Shown: one piece after another, positions 35,972 through 44,535 of the stretch
How the letters are laid out: the number at the start of each line of letters is the position of its first letter
How positions within the stretch are numbered: the stretch's first letter is position 1
NCBI GenBank assembly: GCA_031972835.1
Contig: DALYDX010000001.1
Coordinates: 5,852 to 62,946 of the forward strand
Direction: 5' to 3'
Origin: Minisyncoccota bacterium
GTDB taxonomy: Bacteria; Patescibacteriota; Minisyncoccia; Phycocordibacterales; UBA9973
Length of the DNA: 57,095 nucleotides
Made by a program: the position numbers and the translations under genes
The notes under the pieces: model-generated
Told to the model about the DNA's origin: nothing
Database searches by the model: none
The model's input: the letters and a program-made list of their open reading frames with translations, nothing else

Positions 35972-36451
35972 ATGGAATTAAAACAGTTAGACGAAGTCAC
36001 CCAAAAGGCCAAGAAGCTTGGTCTGGGTACAGCCGTGGACTGCTTGAAAGAGCTCCGCAAACATCTCGATAATCCTTCAAAGGCTTTCTCAAAGAAAATA
36101 AAATTACTGATCGCAAGATCAATAATCCTAAGCTCTTATGAGATTGGCCAAGAAGAAGCACAAAACAATAAGAGATATCTATGGTTGGGATTAAAGCAGG
36201 ATTCTGGTGAGAGCAATCTACCTAAAGGTTTCAGTATAGAAGATGCTGCTGTAATACTTCTCCTCGCTTCAAGTTTTAATGAGGCGTGTCAGAAGTTTGA
36301 GTATCGCAAAAAGGATTGCGTTATATCTTTTTTTCTAAGTCTTTTCTTTGACTTTGATTTTACCTCACCACTTGTGTCTCGCATGTATAGCAGATCTTTC
36401 ATGTCATTCTGGGAAGAGGAACTTCACAGTATTGATAAAGTAATAAAATAA
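35972..36451 (+). CDS. hypothetical protein
   Basis: 159-aa ORF preceded by a TTGACA..TAATGT-like promoter. Confidence 0.45.
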   Translation: MELKQLDEVTQKAKKLGLGTAVDCLKELRKHLDNPSKAFSKKIKLLIARSIILSSYEIGQEEAQNNKRYLWLGLKQDSGESNLPKGFSIEDAAVILLLASSFNEACQKFEYRKKDCVISFFLSLFFDFDFTSPLVSRMYSRSFMSFWEEELHSIDKVIK

Positions 36452-36485
36452 ATTCAAAAATCCCCCTTAAGCGCGGGGGATTTTA

Positions 36486-36956
36486 TTATTGTGCTTTATT
36501 TTGTCCGACTGATTGGAGTTCAGAGGAGATTGTGTCGAGTAGGTCATGGTGGAAGTTCATACATTCATCTGCAAGTGTCATGAGGATTTCGTGGTTCAAA
36601 GTTTCTGCTACACCTTTTACAAGTCCCCAGTGTACAAATGCTGCACCTTCAAAGAACCCTGACCACTCGAGTATTTCAGTTGGGTTCTCCCATTGGTCGC
36701 CGATATAGAGCTCACGCATCTCACGGAGTTTTGCGCTAGTCTTTTCAAATTTTGCGTTTACTATTTCAGATACACCAAGATCACTGGCAAGTTTTTTGAG
36801 TTCATCCGCGTGAATGCGATTTTTATCCAACATATCAGAGAGTTCTTTTTCTCCGAGAATAGGGGATAGAACCCCTCGTCCCTTTTCCAAAGTTTCATCT
36901 CCTACTATTGCAAAGGCAAGCACTTCTCCCAATTTTTTAGCTGCAAATTCGTTCAT
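36486..36956 (-). CDS. hypothetical helical protein
   Basis: 156-aa ORF with no motif recognised. Confidence 0.5.
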   Translation of the reverse strand: MNEFAAKKLGEVLAFAIVGDETLEKGRGVLSPILGEKELSDMLDKNRIHADELKKLASDLGVSEIVNAKFEKTSAKLREMRELYIGDQWENPTEILEWSGFFEGAAFVHWGLVKGVAETLNHEILMTLADECMNFHHDLLDTISSELQSVGQNKAQ

Positions 36957-37081
36957 AGGTTTAAATGGTTAGATTATAAATGTAGTATAACACAAGAAAT
37001 ATATACCATTGACAATATATTCAAATAGGATTATAAAGGATGTGTAATTGTTCTATATTTTTTCACAAAAAACAGTATAAT

Positions 37082-37336
37082 ATGTCACTTAAACTTCAGA
37101 AAGACAGCAAGGCAGAAGATGCCCTGCAATTACCTAAAGGTAAACTTATCGGTAAAGACTTATCGGGCGTACCAGGTGTTGGTATGGAAGTAAGCTTTGG
37201 TCCGAAAATTGTAGTTGAATCAGCTGATTTGATTATAGAAAAAGGAGATGTTAATGAAACATTTTACACTCAAGCTGAAATAATTTCCTACGCTAACAAC
37301 AATCTTGTTAAGGACAAGCAAATAGACTACGTATAA
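37082..37336 (+). CDS. hypothetical protein
   Basis: The ATG at 37082 lies downstream of TTGACA (37009-14)-N17-TATAAA (37032-37). A terminator hairpin follows at about 37343-37370. Confidence 0.45.
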   Translation: MSLKLQKDSKAEDALQLPKGKLIGKDLSGVPGVGMEVSFGPKIVVESADLIIEKGDVNETFYTQAEIISYANNNLVKDKQIDYV

Positions 37337-37602
37337 TTTTTCAAAAGCCCGTAATAATTACGGGCTTTCGCATTTCTGCGACCCCGGCACCATACTTGGA
37401 CACTTTTAGTTTTCTTGTCGTCACGCATAATTTTCTGCTGAAAATTTGCGCGACCCCGCCTCGCGCCAGTCGCGCTCCGGCTTGGACAATTGATCCCATC
37501 AATGTCGTCACGGATAAAACACTCGCCGTCGCTCGTATTTTTCCGCGACCCCGACTCAGTAGTTTTTCTTGCTAGAAAAACATACTTCCGTCCTGGACTA
37601 GT

Positions 37603-37636
37603 AATAAAAAACACCAAAGCAGTTTGGTGTTTTTTA
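37603..37636 (-). terminator. bidirectional terminator downstream of the tRNA
   Basis: acaccaaa-gcag-tttggtgt flanked by an A-run and a T-run. Confidence 0.7.
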
Positions 37637-37641
37637 TCTAG

Positions 37642-37715
37642 TCCACCCTCTTGGATTCGAACCAAGGACCCCAGAGGTATAAGCTCTGTGCTCTAACCAA
37701 CTGAGCTAAGGGTGG
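37642..37715 (-). tRNA. tRNA with anticodon UAU (tRNA-Ile reading AUA)
   Basis: Hand-folded minus strand: CCACCCT-TA-GCTC-AGTTGGTTA-GAGC-A-CAGAG-CTTATAC-CTCTG-GGGTC-CTTGG-TTCGAAT-CCAAG-AGGGTGG-A. It is 74 nt and CCA is not encoded. Confidence 0.85.
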
Positions 37716-37806
37716 ATGTATTTGGCTAGACTTTGATATTAGCCTATTTATCAGATTTTTTCAAAGATTTTTGGGAAACTTGCCAACCTAGATAAATGAG
37801 TGTAGA

Positions 37807-38658
37807 GTGAAGAAAAATGTAAATTTTATGGAAGCTATACAAATTGCTCCACACGAAGTTAAAAGTTTTTTAAATAAACTCAGACAAGTGAATATTTCTA
37901 AGATGCAGGACAAAGAAAATTATACTGAAACTAGCCACGAAACTTGGAAATATGTAAAAGGTAGACTGGATGAAATCTGGATAGGCAGAGTTCATCCGGC
38001 AATTATTCATGGATACGAGTCTTTAAATTTTACGGACACTATCCCTGATGGCACTAATCTTTCTGATGCACTTGAAAGAGCAAGTGGATTTCGTTTTTAT
38101 TTTTCCGATCATATATTACCAGACTCAGTTTTATATGAAGGTTATGCGGAAAGATTTTTTCCGACAACAACTTTTATCAGAAACTGGGAACAGCGTGATT
38201 ATATCGTTGAGCCGGATTTAGTTCATGAAAATCGTGGTCACGGGTCAGCTTTGGCAAATCGTGCGTACGCCGATGTATGTCAGAAACTTGGAGTGATTGT
38301 ACGAGCTTTTCGTTATGATCCACTTATCATGGAGATCATGCACCATATCCACTGGTTTTTAGTGGAATTTCCATTAGTACAATACAAAGGTGAAAATATG
38401 ATTGTTGGACCGGGAATACTCTCATCTCCTGGAGAGTGTATAAACTCTCTTGAAAATAAGAATGTAAGGAGACATATTATTGCGCGAGAAAATTTTGGAG
38501 AGGTACTCGATCATATTGTGGGCACACCAGTTGTTATAGATGTTTTTCAAAATGATTTGTGGGTCTTTAAAAATTTTGAAGATTTTTCAGATATTCTTAC
38601 AAGATTTTTACCGGTATATCTTAAAGACAAGACCGGAGTTCTCCCAATGCCATACTAA
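37807..38658 (+). CDS. aromatic amino acid hydroxylase-like protein (phenylalanine-4-hydroxylase family)
   Basis: EPDLVHENRGHGSALANRAYADVCQKLG resembles the PEPDxxHExxGHxPxL iron-binding region of biopterin-dependent hydroxylases. Confidence 0.5.
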   Translation: MKKNVNFMEAIQIAPHEVKSFLNKLRQVNISKMQDKENYTETSHETWKYVKGRLDEIWIGRVHPAIIHGYESLNFTDTIPDGTNLSDALERASGFRFYFSDHILPDSVLYEGYAERFFPTTTFIRNWEQRDYIVEPDLVHENRGHGSALANRAYADVCQKLGVIVRAFRYDPLIMEIMHHIHWFLVEFPLVQYKGENMIVGPGILSSPGECINSLENKNVRRHIIARENFGEVLDHIVGTPVVIDVFQNDLWVFKNFEDFSDILTRFLPVYLKDKTGVLPMPY

Positions 38659-38778
38659 AATTAAATCCCCCTCATTTACAGGGGGGTTTTATTATGCTTT
38701 TTTTACAAAAGTGTCTATAATATATATAATCACTATTTATATATTGACATATTATTATTAACTATTCATAATATTTAA

Positions 38779-39075
38779 ATGACAAACGATCAAATGGGTC
38801 AATTTATCGATACGCTAGTTCTCGACAAAGGCCTCACAAACCTAGAGCCAGAAGTTTTGGACCAAGTAAAAGTGGACTTACACGATGCACTTGAAGATCG
38901 TATCAACGCTACGATCTTAGCAAATCTTCCAGAAAGTAAACTCGCGGATTTTGATAAGTTACTCGACGCGGGAGATGACAAGGCGATATACAAATTCTGC
39001 CAAGACAATATCGAGAATCTTGATGCAGTTATGGCGGGTGAATTTCTAGCATTCCGTAACACTTATCTTGGTTAA
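38779..39075 (+). CDS. hypothetical acidic protein
   Basis: 98-aa ORF immediately upstream of the giant ORF. Confidence 0.45.
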   Translation: MTNDQMGQFIDTLVLDKGLTNLEPEVLDQVKVDLHDALEDRINATILANLPESKLADFDKLLDAGDDKAIYKFCQDNIENLDAVMAGEFLAFRNTYLG

Positions 39076-39087
39076 ATTTAAAACTCC

Positions 39088-42000
39088 ATGGACAATATAA
39101 ATCCGAATCCTCAAAAGAAAGAAAAAAGAAAAATAGTTCTTGTTGACACTGAGCATGTTGCAGAGAGTGAGGCTCGTGACTTTGCCGATATGTCGACCAC
39201 TGCAGAAAAGTCTACTTTGAAAGGCTTCAAAGGATTTTTCAAGAAAATGTGGAAACACAACATTGCTCGTGAGTACTATCATCAAAAAGAGATTGTTAAA
39301 GCTCGCAAATCAATTTACGAAAAAGAAAACGTATTTGCGAATCAAGAAATAGACAAGAATGCTCACAAAGAAGCAATGGATGCCATAGTTGAGCGTTTTG
39401 AAAGTGAGTACGAGGATATGATAGATCGCGAGGCTGGTGAGTCGAAAGATAAGCTTCCAGAAGGTCATGAAACAAATGCACTAAAAAGTGGTTTACAATA
39501 TCTTATTCGTCGATATGCATCTGGAGAAATTAGTGAAGGATCTTTTGAAGAAGAAAAAAAGCGCCAACTTGCATTTTTCCGCGAAGCTTTTCCGAAAGCA
39601 CTCCCAAGTGCAAAGATGTTTGCTGACAATATATTTGAAATCGCAAAAGAGTCCAGACAAGCAGTGGAACACGGCATGTCTATAGATGAGCTTGATCTAG
39701 ATTTTGACATTGTACTCGGTAAGGCAAAAAGTGCACTTCGCACAGAAGCAAATTTTACAGTAGTTGATAAAGCTATAGATAAGATAAAACGTGTGCCGAT
39801 ACTTGGGCATCTTTTCAACGAGACTACTGTCGCACTTGTTGCTTCAAGTTTTTTGTTCACAAGCAAGAAAATACTTTCTAGCAAAGTAGCATCTTTGATA
39901 ACATTTGGAGGCTCTGCTGTCGTGGCGAGTTCTTTTGCTGGAATGATCGAGAACATGCGTGTAAAGGCAGAACGCCGACAGCATCTGCGCGAGCGAGCAA
40001 AAGGTATGACTTTTGAGGCTGGAGCAGAACGCCGAGAAGAAATGGAAAAGACCCAGTACGACATGGTAAATGCAAAAGCAACTATCGATCAGCTAACATC
40101 ACTCCTTGCTTCTATAAAATCTGAGGGCGCAGGCAACGAATCGGAAAGAGCTCTTCAAGATAAAGTAAATGAAATGCTCGCAGAACTTTCAGATTTGGAA
40201 GCTCGTATAAAAATCGGCAATGAGAAAAAGATAGACTTGATCGCGTATTCAAATATCACAGAAGTTGAAAAGGAAAAGAAGGATCTTTTGACAATACGCG
40301 CAGAAGCAAAAGTAGAACTCAGAAGACTCCTCGCGCTCTATCCAAGCCTCCGTACTCCGACAGGACAACACTTTGATGCATATTTAACTTCACAGATTGA
40401 AGCCGAAATCCGCGGACTCAAAGGTGGTGAGGCGGGTATAGAGGCAAAGGATAAGTTATTTAGAAAAATGAAACGCAAGAAAGTTGGCGCTATGATGGGA
40501 AAAACTTTCATTGCAGGTCTCTTGATCGGTACTGCAGCTCAGGAAATCGGTGCAGCCGTAAGCTCTGAACAGCAAGGTCTCGTCGACAGTATTATCGGCA
40601 AAGAAGACGTAGTGGGGCATTCAGCACACATGACACCACTTGGCGGTGCAGCACAGGAAGTCCGCGATCTATTTACAGGACACCATATGCATATGAGCAT
40701 GGACAATGCACATACATTTGATCTAAACGGCGCTCACATGAACCTACCTGAAGGTGTAGATATGGTTGCAAATCCTGACGGTACTGTAGACATACTTCGC
40801 GATGGAGCTCCGTTTGCTGAAGATGTGCCGTTATCTTTTGATGCCGATGGTTCACTCACGCAGGCTTCTATAGATGCGTTGCGTGGACACGGGATTGATG
40901 CAAGTTTTGAGCAACTGACGGTTATAAATGGAACTGAAATAACCGAAAGTCCAAGCGAATACATTGATCATCATCCTGATGCAACTCAAAACGCAGATAG
41001 AACTCTTTGGTATGATAACGATACTCCGAAGCCAGTGTTTGATCAGAATGAGCTTAAGCTCTGGTGGGGTGCTCCCGGCAATGATGGAATAGATGCGGAT
41101 GGAAATTATGTTTTCAATGTGGAACACATGACAAGTGGTGGGTCTTTTCACGATTCACTTTCAGTTGATGCACAGAAGCTTCTTGCAGAAGGGAAGTTGA
41201 AGATGCAATTTTCTTTATCCTCAGAAACTCAGGATCATGTATTTCAGGTTCCTATAGATACAAATGGAAATGCGATTATTGATCCAGACAGTGAAATCGG
41301 AAAATTATTTTTCGAGAATTCAAATGGGCACGCAGTATTCTTGGGACGATACGCAGAAGTTGTACAAAGCATGGGTACAGTAAACGGGGTAGAGCAAGTA
41401 CATGTTTTGGCTACACATGTAGGTCACGGACTTGATTCTGTAAAAGATACTATTCCAGGTCCTGCAGGAGTGAACACTATCGGAGTTCCAGTGGACTACG
41501 ATATTTACCCACCACCATTTATCCCAGTTGTAGGACGAAGACCTCTTGAGCCAGGAGTGTATAAAAATTTTAACACGAAGGTTCCTTTGTTCGTTTCTAG
41601 TGAGAGAGGCCTTGGTCCTTATGGATATGGATACGGGTATGGTTCTGAAGGTGGAGATTTTGGTTTGCTTGATAGAAGTAAGTACGATGCGCGCATGTCG
41701 AAGCTTTTACTCAAAGACAGTAATCTTGATGTTTCTAAAAATGACAAGAAGGTTATAAAGGAATATTTAGAAAAACAAGACAAGGAATATTTAAAAGAGC
41801 TAGAAGAAATGATACGAGACTTGCCTCCAATGAAAGACAATATAGAGGTTGTTATTACTCTGCCTGCATATCTAGAAGGAAAAAATCTTGAAAAGACGAT
41901 TCGGAATTATGCGAAAATGAATAATCACGAGAAGTTTGAAGTGGTTATACTAGAAAATCATCCTAAATCAAAAGAAAGAGACAATACAGAAGAAATAATA

Positions 42001-43371
42001 TCTAAAATGAAAATTGAGTTTCCTGATATGAACCTCGTGCATGTCTATAAGGTTTTTGATGAGAAGCCTACAATAGGAGAAGTTAGAAAATATCTTGTTG
42101 ATTCTGTATTAGTTAGAAAACAAAAAGCAGGTATATCTAAATCTATAACAATTGTTAGTAATGATGCTGATTTGGAGGGTATAGACAAAGACTACGCGAA
42201 CCACATTTCTAAAGCGTTTAAAGAAGATGACCATCTCGATGCTGTTGGGGCTAAATGGGATTTTCCAAAGAATGATTTTGAAAAATTACCTATCCTGCAT
42301 GCCTCACAAAGACTTTGGCATTATTTCGATATCGTATTTAGATATAACTACATGAAATCTCCTGAACTCATCGGACGTAACTCTGCTTTTAGGTCTGGTA
42401 TATATGCTGCCATAGGAGGTTATAACGAGACTTCTAGGCTTGCAGAAGATCTGGAAATAGGTTGGCTTATAAAAAATGCTCGTAAATACGATGTGTCACG
42501 TATAAAATATTTGAATAATGCTAGCTTGAAATCAAATTCTAGACGCGCGGTAGGAAAGATGCTCTCAGGGGGACGCTTGATACAGCAGTATGGAGATTTC
42601 CATGAAAACGAAGAAGTAAGAAATGCCCCTCTAGAAGAACTCTTAAAAGATAAAAAAGATTTTGATTTGGAAGTATTTAAATTAGAAGTTCAATCTATCT
42701 ATGATTATTATAAAAAATGGAAGAAATCAAATGGAGGTTGGATAGATGATAAATATATTGATGAATCATTTGAGCGCGCAATGAGTTTTGTTGGAGTGAA
42801 GTTTTCCAAAGACAATGAAAATATAAATATATTAGACACATCAAAACTGGAAAATTCTCTAAATAAAAATATAGACAAATTAGTAGATGTAGCAGAAAAA
42901 GACAATGATTACACAATTGGAGATTTAGATACACCAGAAGTAAAGGTTGTAAAAAAATCTCCTAAAAAAGGGAAAGTTGGAAAAGCTGAAAGAAAAGAAA
43001 CAAAAACCAAAGAAACAGAAGGTTTATCTCTAAACAAAGATACAGATTTAATTTACAGTAGAATGATGAGTAATCCTTTGGATTTAAACACTGAGGTTGC
43101 AAGTAGAGTGAAGCGTTACAAGAAACCAACTTTTGTAATATTTGAACAAGACAAAACAAAACGTGCAGATTTCGAAAAACAGATCAAGGTTACACAGAAA
43201 AAGTATCCTGATGCATATATAGAATATGTAAAACTCCCTGATGATATGAGTACTATTTCTGGGGTTAGTGCAAATGAGTATATGAAATCTGTAATTGAAA
43301 ATAGTTCAAGTGAGGTAAAGTTAGATGCACGTGTTGAAAAACGTTTAATAAATCCAAAAATAACTTTCTAA
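39088..43371 (+). CDS. giant (1427 aa) membrane-associated protein containing a family-2 glycosyltransferase-like domain
   Basis: The region around residues 915-1150 (VVITLPAYLEGKNLEKTIRNY...VVILENHP...VSNDADLEG) resembles GT2 with a DxD motif. There are hydrophobic segments near residues 250-300 and 480-500. Confidence 0.6.
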   Translation: MDNINPNPQKKEKRKIVLVDTEHVAESEARDFADMSTTAEKSTLKGFKGFFKKMWKHNIAREYYHQKEIVKARKSIYEKENVFANQEIDKNAHKEAMDAIVERFESEYEDMIDREAGESKDKLPEGHETNALKSGLQYLIRRYASGEISEGSFEEEKKRQLAFFREAFPKALPSAKMFADNIFEIAKESRQAVEHGMSIDELDLDFDIVLGKAKSALRTEANFTVVDKAIDKIKRVPILGHLFNETTVALVASSFLFTSKKILSSKVASLITFGGSAVVASSFAGMIENMRVKAERRQHLRERAKGMTFEAGAERREEMEKTQYDMVNAKATIDQLTSLLASIKSEGAGNESERALQDKVNEMLAELSDLEARIKIGNEKKIDLIAYSNITEVEKEKKDLLTIRAEAKVELRRLLALYPSLRTPTGQHFDAYLTSQIEAEIRGLKGGEAGIEAKDKLFRKMKRKKVGAMMGKTFIAGLLIGTAAQEIGAAVSSEQQGLVDSIIGKEDVVGHSAHMTPLGGAAQEVRDLFTGHHMHMSMDNAHTFDLNGAHMNLPEGVDMVANPDGTVDILRDGAPFAEDVPLSFDADGSLTQASIDALRGHGIDASFEQLTVINGTEITESPSEYIDHHPDATQNADRTLWYDNDTPKPVFDQNELKLWWGAPGNDGIDADGNYVFNVEHMTSGGSFHDSLSVDAQKLLAEGKLKMQFSLSSETQDHVFQVPIDTNGNAIIDPDSEIGKLFFENSNGHAVFLGRYAEVVQSMGTVNGVEQVHVLATHVGHGLDSVKDTIPGPAGVNTIGVPVDYDIYPPPFIPVVGRRPLEPGVYKNFNTKVPLFVSSERGLGPYGYGYGYGSEGGDFGLLDRSKYDARMSKLLLKDSNLDVSKNDKKVIKEYLEKQDKEYLKELEEMIRDLPPMKDNIEVVITLPAYLEGKNLEKTIRNYAKMNNHEKFEVVILENHPKSKERDNTEEIISKMKIEFPDMNLVHVYKVFDEKPTIGEVRKYLVDSVLVRKQKAGISKSITIVSNDADLEGIDKDYANHISKAFKEDDHLDAVGAKWDFPKNDFEKLPILHASQRLWHYFDIVFRYNYMKSPELIGRNSAFRSGIYAAIGGYNETSRLAEDLEIGWLIKNARKYDVSRIKYLNNASLKSNSRRAVGKMLSGGRLIQQYGDFHENEEVRNAPLEELLKDKKDFDLEVFKLEVQSIYDYYKKWKKSNGGWIDDKYIDESFERAMSFVGVKFSKDNENINILDTSKLENSLNKNIDKLVDVAEKDNDYTIGDLDTPEVKVVKKSPKKGKVGKAERKETKTKETEGLSLNKDTDLIYSRMMSNPLDLNTEVASRVKRYKKPTFVIFEQDKTKRADFEKQIKVTQKKYPDAYIEYVKLPDDMSTISGVSANEYMKSVIENSSSEVKLDARVEKRLINPKITF

Positions 43372-43405
43372 AATAACCCCTACTTAACCGTTAAATTGTA
43401 AAATT

Positions 43406-44533
43406 ATGTCACAAGAAAATGAAAATCTGTCACCCTTGGATAAGCTGGAGGCGCTTAAAGAAAAAATAAAAGCAAAGAGCGATGAAGGAAAGCAGCAAAA
43501 ACAAGATGAAAGAGTAGAGGAACTCAAGGCTGAATTAGACAGCGAGAGAGTTTACAATGACAATCGAGCTAAAAAAAACAATGAAGATACTGCTCGCATT
43601 AACGAGCTCACCGCAGAATTGAAAGGACAATTTACCGAGAGAGATCGTCTGAAGAATGAAGGCAAGAAGGCAGCGGCGGAGCTAAGAAAAACAAAAGAAG
43701 GCCAGGAAATAATTGACGATAAAAAAGACAATGAATTTAAGCAGGAGATTTTTGGTGATACCATAAATGCACTGAAGGATATACAGGAATTTGTTAAAAA
43801 ACACAAGAAAGAATTTGACACTGAAATTGAAGAAAGGAAAAACAATATATCTTTAGGTGATAAAGCCAATCAGGAAACAAAAACTAGAAGAATAAAAGAG
43901 TTTAAAGAAAAATATCCTGAAATTGATGATATCCATAAGAAGATGGGGTATATGAAAGAGAGGCGAGACTGGCTTGTTAAGGAAAAAGAAAGTCTCCGAT
44001 CCTTCCTTTCAAGTCCAGAATTCACCCTATTTCTTGAAGATAAATTAGTACACAAGAAAAATGAATACAACAGAGATGTTCTTGTGGACGTAACTCTTGA
44101 AGAAGAGATAAAAAATCTCCGTACGCAGTTAGACGGTATGCGCAAGGAAGTCCATGATAAATATGAAGAGATAAGGAAAAAAGAACAGAAAGGAAAAAGT
44201 TGGCTAGAAGACAAAAAAGGATTCGATGAGAAGATAAGTAATCTTTTTGCAGAATTAAAAAAATACGAGAAGGAGCAAGAGGGAATTATTTTTCATGGAG
44301 ACAGAGGGATACAAAATCTAGTCAGCATAAAACAAGAGATAGAAGATAAGCTCTCTGGTTTTTTACGGGTTAACTTTAATTCTATTGAAGAAAGGGAAGC
44401 AGTGGAGAAAGGTAAGACTATACGAGGTCTCGTTGAGCATATTCTTTCAGTTGTAGAAAAGGAAATTGAAGAGAAAAAACTTTCAGAAGAAGAACAGTTG
44501 ATAAAAGACCTAAATGACGAACTGTGGAGATAG
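43406..44533 (+). CDS. hypothetical K/E-rich coiled-coil protein
   Basis: 375-aa highly charged ORF. Confidence 0.5.
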   Translation: MSQENENLSPLDKLEALKEKIKAKSDEGKQQKQDERVEELKAELDSERVYNDNRAKKNNEDTARINELTAELKGQFTERDRLKNEGKKAAAELRKTKEGQEIIDDKKDNEFKQEIFGDTINALKDIQEFVKKHKKEFDTEIEERKNNISLGDKANQETKTRRIKEFKEKYPEIDDIHKKMGYMKERRDWLVKEKESLRSFLSSPEFTLFLEDKLVHKKNEYNRDVLVDVTLEEEIKNLRTQLDGMRKEVHDKYEEIRKKEQKGKSWLEDKKGFDEKISNLFAELKKYEKEQEGIIFHGDRGIQNLVSIKQEIEDKLSGFLRVNFNSIEEREAVEKGKTIRGLVEHILSVVEKEIEEKKLSEEEQLIKDLNDELWR

Positions 44534-44535
44534 GT

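Noticed and set aside
37327-37696. ORFs 37327-37665 (-) and 37490-37696 (+)
   Set aside because: They overlap the tRNA gene, its terminator and the GC-rich degenerate repeats.
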